Assembly: GCA_002189035.1 (NCBI GenBank)
Contig: NEEC01000013.1
Span: 1,178,001-1,242,000, forward strand
Origin: Utricularia gibba
Taxonomy: Eukaryota; Plantae; Magnoliophyta
Direction: 5' to 3'
DNA length: 64,000 bases
Under the pieces are notes generated by a model. The model worked only from the letters and a program-made list of their open reading frames with translations. It did no database searches and was not told where the DNA came from. Positions 1 to 9,959 of this stretch are shown here, in pieces (position 1 is the stretch's first letter; each line of letters begins with the position of its first letter). The position numbers were made by a program, and so were the translations under genes.

Positions 1-1823
1 ACAAGCATGTCATTAAGATCAATCATTCTCATTCCAAGCCAAGGCCGCACTACTCTCCTGCATCAGTAGAGATCAACATGCCATGAAGCAAAACCAGAGT
101 GTGATTGACAGAAAGAAATGGCGAAGTGTGTTGTAAAAACCAGGTAGAAAAGACATCATACCCGTTCCTTTTGAACTGCTCAACGATTTTTAAAGCCGAG
201 TCAATTGGAAGAGCAAAACTTAAACCATCAGCACCTGAGACTTTCATTACACTAATGCCTACAACTTCTCCATCGATGTTGACAAGAGGTCCACCAGAAT
301 TACCCTACAAAGATAAATCCTTTTAATAACAAAGAAGTGCTAATACTGTAAGTACTGACCCGACAGTCAAGCCAAAAAAACAAAAAATTACATGATTTAT
401 TGCACAATCCGTCTGTATATACTCCCTTTCTACACCTTCCAACCCCAGATCAGTACTTTTACGTCCAACAAAGCTGGATGCAACAGAGGAAGAACAAAAA
501 ATTCAAATCAGGAAAAACGTTATTTGTGACTACATTGAAGAGTAAAACTCTATATCGCTTGTTGCACGAATATGAAAGGTTAATGAAGTAAAACTGCCTT
601 ATGATGCCTGCAGTAATGGTATTTTGAAGAGTATGAGGACACCCCATTGCAACGACCCAGTCTCCAGGGCAGAGCTTATTTGAAGATCCAAGCTTCGCAA
701 ATGGAAATGGAGTCTTGGATTTAATCTTCACCACTGCTACATCATAATGTAAATCAGCACTCACAACTACGCCTTCAAATGACCGACCATCATGTAAGGT
801 TACTTCAACCTGCCATGATCTGTATGTACTTAATAACAACATTCACTACGTTTGTTTTTCAGAGACTGGGGAGGATGGTAAGATATAGCGCTAGCACAGG
901 GGCTACCTCAGATGATAGTTTTAAACCTTGGGGATCAGCCACAACATGTGCACAAGTCAAAATAGTGCCACCTTCATCAATTATTGTTCCAGAACCGATG
1001 CCTTTACCCACATCCCTCCCAAAAAAACCTACATCAGATAAAACACCAAAACAATTAAAGTCCATCGGCATTACCTTCCATTATCAATAAAGGGCAAGGG
1101 CAGAAAGGATACTTTTCGAAATAGATATATTCACAACAGCAGGTCCAACTTTTTTTGCCACGTTAGAAAAGGTGTCACGGCCGAGACAGTTGCAACAATG
1201 GTTGGGATAACCACCAGGATCAATTACAGCTCCTTTTGGTATTGCAGTATCGGGGGCATTGCTCATCGTAGAAAGAAATTGAGGAAAAACACCTACAATT
1301 AAATGAAAGCTCAATCCAGAAGAAAAAACGGGGTGGCAAAAAAGCTACGCGATTACCAAAACCATGTTGTGATTGGCTGCGATGTAAAAACGGGAAAACA
1401 TTCCGCTCGTATATCGAACTCCATGGAAGGATTAAAGAATCCCGTATGGGATGAGGCACCGAAACCGCTCCCGATACGTCTACATTCAGCAATAAAAAAA
1501 ACACATATTTGAACTAAACCCAGAACCAGTTGCTCATTTCATTCCATGAGAACATTCTACATAAAAATAAAAAAAAATTGTCCTTGAATCACAAAGGAAT
1601 TCATAGAAATGCATACTATAATCTGAAGATACGACGTGCCACGCGAATCCCGAGCCTGCTGCAGCTAAAACCGCTCCAGGAATTAGAAATATTTTACTTG
1701 AAAATTTTTTCTGCACATGCAACAAGACAAATCATGAAATCATAAAGCAAAAGCGCATAACTCCAGAATTCAGATCACGTCTAAACGGAATCCGTTGAAT
1801 CGCTGTTCTACCAAATGATGCAT
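1..1823 (-). CDS. DEG14: HtrA/Deg serine protease, Deg14-like (multi-exon; C-terminal PDZ part runs off the left edge)
   Basis: Exons give MHHL|[21 protein letters not shown]..., [42 protein letters not shown] (catalytic His), [12 protein letters not shown] (Asp), [10 protein letters not shown]|[14 protein letters not shown] (Ser) and [10 protein letters not shown]. The ATG at 1823 is inferred from a short first exon. Confidence 0.92.
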
Positions 1824-2077
1824 TGCGTAGCTCAACGTTGAATAGCAAACAAGGCACGCTTTGCGGTTTTTCCCCAATTTCCATACACGAAGAAGGCCGG
1901 CCCGTATTTCGCTAGGCCCAAATAAAAAGCAAAATGCGGCCCATTATAAAATTAATTGTTTTTTACAACTTATTTATTTATTTGTTTTGATGCCGTGTGC
2001 CTCTTTAGAGGCAGTCTTTCTGCAGTCGGCTCCTGTGTTCGGGAGAGAGGTATCTACAATTTCTGGAGCGAGATCGA

Positions 2078-2422
2078 ATGGCCGCCGTCTGGAATTTTCT
2101 GCCGGCGCTCCTCTTAATCGCATCCCTAGCGGTGGTGGCGCGTGGTGGCCAGGAGTTTGCGACGATGATGCCGGCGGTCTCTTCCGTGTGCGATGGGACC
2201 GTGGGGGAGTGCTTGCCCGCCGATAGCTTCGAATTCGGACTTGAATCGGAATCGAGTCGGCGAATCTTGCAAGCGACTGGGCGATACATCAGCTACGGAG
2301 CGTTAGCGAGGAACAACGTTCCTTGCTCGCGTCGCGGCGCGTCGTACTACAATTGCCGCGTCGGCGCGGAGGCAAATCCCTACCGCCGCGGATGCAGCGC
2401 GATCACGCTTTGCCGGAGCTGA
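2078..2422 (+). CDS. RALF: Rapid alkalinization factor precursor (RALF1/RALF33-type), intronless
   Basis: Signal peptide, RRIL S1P cleavage site, YISYGAL motif and four conserved Cys (VPCSRRGASYYNC...NPYRRGCSAITLCRS). Confidence 0.96.
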   Translation: MAAVWNFLPALLLIASLAVVARGGQEFATMMPAVSSVCDGTVGECLPADSFEFGLESESSRRILQATGRYISYGALARNNVPCSRRGASYYNCRVGAEANPYRRGCSAITLCRS

Positions 2423-2893
2423 TTGGGTAGGTAATTGTGCATCCTCTATTATTTACCGCGGAATTCTCACCGTGTCTGTCAATTCAATTGGTTGTGCCTG
2501 CGTTTCAACATACATGATGTAATTCATTCAATCATAAGCATACTTGTACCATTGCCTTCCGCCAGTGCGCGTTCTGTCTGTTCTGCTATCCTTGTACTTG
2601 TAGCTCATTCCTGATTCAGTAGATCCGGGCGTTGAATGATCTGAATTTGAACAGAGCATGTAATTTTCATTTACCTCGTCTTTTTCACGAGAAGCCCGTC
2701 TGAAGTGGGGAAGACGGATGGCCATGTGCCACCTACCTACAGCTGGAGTGGTGAGGTGTCCATTTTAAGATTTAATTAATCTTCATTAGCCTTGTGTCCA
2801 TCTGCTGGCCCGCAGGCCTAAACCCTTGCTACCACTCCTCCACCCGTCCCTCTCCACAATCTTCTGAAGATTGGATTCCTCTCCTTCCTTTCC

Positions 2894-3025
2894 ATGAAGA
2901 GGGAGTACCAAGTTACCAAAAAGTCGCTTTTGCTTTGGTTATGTTGCTTTTTAGTTGTATCCAGGGCCAGGGAGACACACCACTACCCTCAATGTGGAGC
3001 GTCTCCTCCGCCAGCACTGCATTAA
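2894..3025 (+). CDS. Candidate small secreted peptide, 43 aa (unrecognised family)
   Basis: ATG..TAA ORF MKREYQVTKKSLLLWLCCFLVVSRARETHHYPQCGASPPPALH with basic n-region, hydrophobic h-region and SRA c-region, preceded by a pyrimidine-rich leader. It is below the ORF-track cutoff and I recognise no homology. Confidence 0.3.
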   Translation: MKREYQVTKKSLLLWLCCFLVVSRARETHHYPQCGASPPPALH

Positions 3026-4403
3026 GAAGGCGACGTGTCCGGGCTGGAGTGGTCCATCTCTAAGCCTTGATCCCTCGGACTCGCAACGAATAAAGAAGGC
3101 ATGGATGGAAAAGGAGACAACGGAGTGGACACAGGAAAGGAAAAGCGGATATGTAGATGGGTCATGGGACCGTCGCGTATAGATGCACATCATGCTACTA
3201 ATTACCTAACGACTTCTCCAGTCCACTCCTTGGGTAGTTTTCACAGCCTAGTACGTGGAGTACCTTTGTAATGAGATCTCGGAGGCGTCGGTCTGCGCGG
3301 CCACCAAACTCAAGATTTCGAGCTCCGGTGGATCCTCAGATTTTCCATGTCCGAGCCCATTTGCAAACCTTGGTACATTCTCCTGTTGATTGTAATATTC
3401 ATATCATTTTTGGAACTGGCTCTAAACTTGAATAATCTGTCATTAGTATTTGGTTGCTCACGTGGGGTGAAACTTGGAGTAGTGGTTGAAAACAGCAACT
3501 CTGTTTACTTCTGGGTCCGGTCCGTCGGAATCACTGGTAAATGTGAGCCAACTACCACCACGTGTCGGCACCAGTGTGGGGGTGTAAACTACAATAAAAT
3601 TCCGGATCAGGAAGCAGTGAATAACGTGTTGGGCAATCAATCATGCAATACTCACACACACACAAAAGAAAAAGGGAGTTAATTAAATAATCCATGAATC
3701 AGAATGGGATTGGGTCGGAGGTGAGGTAGTCCACAAGATGGCAAGGCCGGGCTTGAATGATTCCCACCTACGTCACCCCCATCATATCACCCACTCCCAC
3801 AAGCAATTCCAGTCAGGCTGGCTTCTTGGTTGACTCTTGCCTTAAATTCCCCGACACACACACATGCACAGCGCCATTTCCCATACAAATCGCGCTCCGC
3901 ACCCGCGCACATACTTCCATCTCCACATCCCTTTCTTTCCCTTTGTGATTACGGATGGCAGAATTAGGGGGTTACCTCGTCGTGCTGTGTTTTTGGGTTG
4001 AGGGGGTTCATCCACTTGATCCATCCCCCACCACCTTGTCACAGAATGGGGGTGGAGGAGCAGGAGCAGCCTGGTGCGGGTTGTAGGAAGGCGGGTGATG
4101 TAAGTAAAAGATTCATCTGCTGCGGGAGTGTCACATCAGGCATTCATGTAAAAGTGTGAGAGAGCAAGCAAGCTTGAAATAAAAAGAGGGGGAGGGGACG
4201 GGACGGGACGTGGATTGATTTCATGATATTTATTGCTACCAATGTGCATGCACCATTATATATAATTCATACCTTTTTCTTCTTCTTCACTCTGGTAGAG
4301 AGGTTTCCATCCATAAATACTGCAACACCCCGCGTGCTTCGTCTCCCCATCTTCCATCTCCCTGCTGCGGCTTGTTCTTCTTCCTTGAATAGGGAGCGAG
4401 AGA

Positions 4404-4501
4404 GGAAGTCTGGTTGGAGAAGCAGGGCACGTGCAAGTTCTCCGCCGTCTCATCCTCCGGGTGGCGGTTTGCACGTGCTCCACTTCTCCGACATGGCTTC
4501 C
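4404..4501 (+). ncRNA. MIR164: pre-miR164 hairpin (mature 4415-4435, star about 4472-4492)
   Basis: Exact mature miR164 TGGAGAAGCAGGGCACGTGCA at 4415-4435 pairs with TTTGCACGTGCTCCACTTCTCCGAC on the 3' arm, with a basal stem GGAAGTC/GGCTTCC. Confidence 0.97.
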
Positions 4502-4909
4502 TACCCTTCACCCACATGCATTCCTCTGCTTTAACTACATCCACTCCATCAGTAAGTGCTGCAATCCTCCCAACTCCCAGCTCATCATGATCTTGTTGTT
4601 GTACTATGAATCCGCATTCATTTGGATGGCTTCCCATCCAGTTCACGCCCTCCTGATCATTCGCGTGTCAAACAAGAAAGCGATATCACGCACCAGCCTG
4701 CGCTGGGGAAATTTCCAAGGCCTTTTGGTTCTTCTAGGAGCAGGTGGGCCCGCCACAGTGGAGGGAGGACTCGCGTGGATTGCGGGGGAACGCCTTTCGA
4801 AAAATTTGTGTGGGCCCCATGTCGTCAGAGTCACAGTAACTGTAGATCAGAATAATGGGCCTAAAGGAATTTGGGCCAAATATGTAGCCTGGAATCCCGA
4901 CCCAATAAT

Positions 4910-5420
4910 ACGTTTTGTTGACTCGAGCGACCGTACGCTTAAATCGAGTAAGGCGACAATTGAACTGGTGATGGTGTCAGACTCATCCTTTTACTTCCCC
5001 CTTCATGCCGGAAGGAGTGAATTTGGTGGTTGATGTGATTAGCTTCTTTCGCAAAATAGTTCGCGTTGGGGCAGCTATTCCGCCACTGTTCTTTCAAGTC
5101 AGAGCTCCTAAGCCATAGACTCTAACAACCGGGAACTGAAAAATCCTGACGGAATAAATGAGATGAGGAAATCAGTGTCTGGAGTTTCATGCTAACCGTA
5201 GCCTTGTCGATTGATTGTAAAACAAAAAGAAGAAACTCTTTCTTTGGATTTAAATGAATCCAGATCCAATCGGAGAAAACTGAAAGCGAATGTTATCCAG
5301 TAACATTGAAGCGCAAATCCACAGATCGGATAGGGCTTAAGCAGAAAGGATATATGAAAATTGCTCTTCGCACAGATAAAATCCCCAGAATCATTCGTAA
5401 ACAGGATACCAGAGAAGAAC
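4910..5420 (-). ncRNA. Candidate polycistronic H/ACA-type snoRNA/scaRNA cluster
   Basis: G:U-containing stems that work only on the minus strand, each followed by ACA (5293-5291, 5036-5034) or an ANANNA H box (AGAACA, 5092-5087). The region lies downstream of a telo-box/site II/TATA promoter and has no credible ORF. Pocket geometry is only partly canonical. Confidence 0.4.
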
Positions 5421-5564
5421 TATGTGCGACTGTGGTCTGCAATCACTCACGAGACAAAACAACACGCAAACGAATTGACAAAAAAAAACAAGGAGAACCA
5501 GAGCCAGTAACCACCCGCCGCGGACGCGACTGCAATGTGACGCTGTGCTTCGACAACGATAACA

Positions 5565-5626
5565 AAACCCTAGCGAAGGATCTGTTCTATATATATATAA
5601 ATATATATAGTGGGCCGAAGAGCCCA
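5565..5626 (-). promoter_or_regulatory. Telo-box + TATA + site II promoter facing left
   Basis: AAACCCTA at 5565-5572, AT-repeat/TATA at 5588-5609, TGGGCC at 5611-5616 and AGCCCA at 5621-5626. This combination is typical of plant ribosome-biogenesis and snoRNA genes. Confidence 0.6.
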
Positions 5627-5932
5627 TCAATTATTTAAAACTGGTTTGAATTTACTTGAGTGATTGCAGACCAAAATATTAAAACATCATAATTAATAAA
5701 ATAATAATTATGTAAATTTAATATTTACAAATTTCAAAATTTTTCATTTTAATTTTTTTATAAAAATGATTAAATCGAACAATATTTGGACCAAAATGAC
5801 TGTAGATAAAGTTCATTTTCCAGTGTTCAAAACGCACCGCAATGCATTTCACAAGACAAAATATTGAGACCAAATTTAATAGACGCTCAGGAACTTCTCA
5901 AGATCCGTTTCAAGGCAGATGGAATCTGAGAC

Positions 5933-7270
5933 TCAGTCGTAACTGGCGTTCAAGAACTTCAAAAGTTCGTTTCGTTTGTTTTCAGCCATTTTGTCCTCCT
6001 TTGTTTTCTCCATCTTCAGCAATATCTAATCAATGGGAAGACAAGAGTTTGTTTCAGAAAATCCGTGACAGGGTATTATGAAAAGGTTAACATGGATAAG
6101 GATCAATATGCAGAATTGGGGTGGTGCACCTTTTTCCCAGAGATAGCACTGCGAGGTGCTCCATCATCTTTGTCCTTCCCCAAGAACTGGATGCAGTGAG
6201 TGTGCAAAACAATATTAGCAAGTGATACCACTATTAGGAACTTGAAAACAGATGGAATCATGATGATCATGTCAACTCCACATTTAAATGAGGGTAAAGA
6301 CCTTAGAGAGTTGCACAGGCCCACCACCTTCCTCCTGCAGCTTCTATATATGCCTCACATTGGAATAAAAAGAAGGCACAAACATGCGGACAAGCCAATC
6401 AGGAGCACCAGATTCAGGCCAACAAGCCAGCTCCAATTTCGAAGAGCCATGTGAAGAAGGCAGAAAGAAAAGATAAGAATTGAATAATGAGGAGTAGAAA
6501 GACTGAAAAAACCCAACAGCGGCCAAGCCAGCATTTCTTAAAAGAATACATGTTTAGAAGGTGAAATAATGATTACCCCTTTAGACTTCTCTTTATGGTG
6601 TCGATGACTATGACTTTTTCGTTTTAATTTATCCTTGTCCTGTTAAGAAAAAACCAAGATAAATCATATTACATGATGCATGAAGCAGGAAAATTATAAA
6701 GTAATGACTGAACCAAAAGATTTCAACCAAGAAAACTCCTTTATATGGTTACCTTCTTCGATCTATCACTACGCTTATGCTTCTTTGAATGATGGGATAC
6801 TTGATGGTCGCTTTCCGAAGAACTGGATTAAATAACACATGCGGACATACAATCAGAGTGCATTAAAACGAGGTATCTCGTATACCCCTTAGAGAATTGC
6901 ATCAATTGCATCCATGCCCAAGGTCGATATAACAACACCTAGGTACTCTAGAACTCCAAAGCAATGGAAAGTAAAGGGGGTACGCTAACGTCATCACCAG
7001 AAAGGAAAGATCAAGTGGCATTCATACTTCTAATCACCAATTCGCGCCACCTACAACTCAAAAATTTAGCATCCGTTATTGTATGAGTTACCTGTGGCCC
7101 CCGGAGGAGGAATCTTCAGAGGAGGACGATGAATGGCGCCTGTGTCGACGTTTCTTTTCGGAGCGACTCCTTTTGCTGACTTTAAGAACGTCCTTCTCGT
7201 TTCTCGATCTTCCTCGCCGCCTTCTGGGGCGAGATCCATCAGAGGAAGAAGAAGACGAATCAGACACCAT
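5933..7270 (-). CDS. Small Ser/Arg/Lys/His-rich probable nuclear protein with conserved C-terminal motif (6 exons)
   Basis: Exons splice in frame with GT-AG: MVSDSSSSSSDGSRPRRRR..., SSESDHQVSHHSKKHKRSDRSKK, DKDKLKRKSHSHRHHKEKSKG, KLQEEGGGPVQLSK, FLGKDKDDGAPRSAISGKK, ILLKMEKTKEDKMAENKRNELLKFLNASYD*. Confidence 0.85.
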
Positions 7271-7710
7271 CCGAAAATCCTAGCTCGCAGTCGGCGACAA
7301 AATTTCAACGAGGAATTGGGAAGAAAACTGGTCACTAGACTCCCGAAAACCTAAAATTTAGGAATTCACGAAGGTACGACGTCGTACGATGTGCAAAAAC
7401 CAAATTCCATCAAATGCGAATCAACCAACTATAACATTTGATCATCCTTTTACTTGTACTTGTAAATAATTGAAAAATTAGACAATTAGGTAGTGTTTTA
7501 TTCATAGGAATACCATAAATTAATTTTTTAATTAATATTTAATTATTGAGATTAAAAATATAATTAAATAGTTTTAAATAAACCCATGTACATAGAATTA
7601 AAAAAATTTATATGTCCCCAATAACAATTTAAATTTATTAATTAAAAACTTCATGATTTATAATTTTAATTTTAAATCCATGGAATTCCATTCATCAATC
7701 ATTATCTTAA

Positions 7711-8076
7711 AGTGCGTTTGGTAAGGAGTGATAATTAAATAATATATTGTTATCCGGTGTTTGATTACGAATAAAAAATTAGTTATCTCATACTTTATGA
7801 ATTTCTTATCACACAAAAATAAGATAAAATAATTCGGGGTTATTGGGTGTGATAATTTAATCCCCCACAATACCAAAAATGAACTTTGTTTTTTTTAATA
7901 GAAAACTCAATTCAGAAAAATAAGTACATTTTCATCATTTTAACTATACAACCAACTATCATATCCCAATTATTACAATACAAACAAACACATCAAAATA
8001 CAATTCCATCTAATCATATTCAACTATCCTACTTAATTTTATCTTGGAATAATTTATCCCACGAACCAAACGCACC
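7711..8076. mobile_element. Tourist/PIF-Harbinger-like MITE (about 366 bp)
   Basis: 11-bp perfect TIR GTGCGTTTGGT (7712-7722) / ACCAAACGCAC (8065-8075), AT-rich interior, similar subterminal GATAA motifs and a degenerate TAA/TAG target duplication. Confidence 0.65.
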
Positions 8077-8242
8077 TAGCCTATAAATAGCGCATTCTTG
8101 ACTTGGAACAACCACTATGTATGAAAAATACAATCTTTGTTTTATTTAGCTTTCTTGTTCAATAATATTTATTATTTATTAAATTTGAAGGAAAATAACT
8201 TACTGTTTTATTATTATTATTTCATTGTTTTTTTTTTCTGGC

Positions 8243-9591
8243 TCACGCAACAAAATTTGGCAAGCCTTTGAAGAATAACCTCTTGAACTGGAGCATGCAA
8301 TCGTCTTGCAGACATATCGCGACCGCCACTCCGTCGTCATCGGCCGGCATCAACAACGTGTCACCGTCACAGTCGTACGTTCCCGGACCCATGAAGATCT
8401 CTCTCCCCCATCCGAAATCCACCCCGAAGATGGGGAGCGTCAGCCAACTCACGACAGCGATGTTGGGATTCCCATAGAACGGACCCTCGCCGGATCTCAA
8501 AGCATGGATATCTTGCAACGGGGAGAAATCATCGTACCTTTTCAGGAAATCGATGTAGGAATTCACGTACTCCGCCGTCACAGACTCAATGGCTTCGCGA
8601 ATCTTGCTAGCCGCGAAGCTCAACGGTTTCATAGTGAGCTCGCCGGACAGGCACTCAGCGATCACGTCCATGGTGGCGTTCCCAAAGTACGTTCTTGGTA
8701 ACTGGGGTTCAAGCGCCTTCGAACGTCGACGCAGATCGCGAACCCCGTCGGCTGGCTGTGGATGTGGCGGCGTGCGCTGCTAGTGCACCGCCATATATGT
8801 GCGGCAATGGCTTCGTATCGGGAAAAGGGCTTACGGGTTGAAAGGGTAGTTTTGTTCGCTGCAGCTTTTAGGGCTTCTACTTGAGATTTTGATAACTTTA
8901 GCTTCACGGCGGTTGTTTTCTTATTTCTCTGGTTTTCCGTGTTTACTTCACCGATCATGAGCGGAGGAGGCTTGTATTGGACTTGCTTAGTGCCCAGCTC
9001 GGCATGCGGCTGCTCGCCTGCCCGGAGAAGACTCCGGTCGAAAACAGCCAACTCTCCGATCAGCTCCCCTCTCGCCAACCGCGCCCATTCGGAGATAAAG
9101 TGCGCAGCGCTTCGTCCGTCCGCCACCGCATGAGAAACGGCGACACCTAAGCAAAGCCCACCACACCGGAAGAGAGTGAGCTGGACAAGAACTAGCGGTA
9201 TCTCTTCCACGGGGACCGAATAATCCACATGAGGAATGAGATGATGGAACCTTCTAGACGGACTGAAATCTCCCAGGACACACATTTCTTCGTCGCAATC
9301 GGCTACGGAGAAGACAACGCCATCCCCATTACAGTCTAGTTCAAGTCTCCCCCCTTTAAGGCTTCGAAGCCGGCCGGCCAGAGGGTGGAAATAAACCAGC
9401 GCCTTGCTCAAAGAAGCAGTTAAAGTTTCAATAATGCCGGAGGACCGCCACCTTCGGTCCGGCCGGTAGAAGTAAACCGTCGGAATATGGCATAAGACCC
9501 CGACCTGATCGAACTCCGCCAACGGGGTCACTCCGGCCGGCGTAGTCTCAAATGGCGAGACAATGCATGACTTCTTTACCATAACCTTCAT
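8243..9591 (-). CDS. SHT: BAHD acyltransferase, spermidine hydroxycinnamoyl transferase-like; one -1 frameshift at 8704-8707 as written
   Basis: Intronless. PLAEFDQVG..HIPTVYFY, HAVADG (HXXXD), GPFYGNPN and VDFGWG motifs match SHT. ATG at 9591 with TATA about 40 bp upstream. One extra C restores NPQLPRTYFGNATMDVI. Confidence 0.92.
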
Positions 9592-9941
9592 GTCGTTTGA
9601 CCTGGGATTCACGTACGCCCTAATGGATGCTTTATATAGAGGGAGTGCTGAAGCATGAAGCTCCACGTAGCTTTCAGGTTGGACGTCCTCGACAGTGGGA
9701 AGCAAGCTCCGGGCCAAGGTTGGGACACGCGGCGGGCTCTTGGTGGTGGTAACTGCTAAGCTCCTTCATATCCCTTGAAGTGTAAGCATTTCAGAGAATG
9801 AAATGTGTCTGCCATCATCTCCTCAGACACCGAGAAAGGAAACAGAGGCCTGGGAGGGAAATGAGGCCAGATGCAACCCTGCATTTCAAGGGTTGATGTG
9901 AAGTCATTTCCATAGTTGTTGGAGATGACCGGAAACCGACA

Positions 9942-9959
9942 TCAACAACAACAACAACA
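9942..9959. repeat. (CAA)6 microsatellite
   Basis: caacaacaacaacaacaa-type run seen directly; boundaries approximate. Confidence 0.75.

Noticed and set aside
3490-3545. CLE-like VIPT(G)PDPEVN on the minus strand
   Set aside because: It needs a frameshift, lacks the initial Arg and the His at position 11, and has no signal peptide in frame.
4223-4415. miPEP ORF upstream of the miR164 hairpin
   Set aside because: There is no ATG between the TATA candidates (4256-4265, 4313-4320) and the hairpin. The track ORF at 4223 starts upstream of the likely TSS.
5160-5225. C/D snoRNA (AATCA...CTGATT, with 9 nt complementary to 18S UAACCGUAG)
   Set aside because: No RUGAUGA box C, and the short complementarity could be chance.
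5565-5572. Telomerase RNA template (AAACCCTA)
   Set aside because: There is no USE (TCCCACATCG) Pol III promoter; a single telo-box fits a Pol II promoter element.
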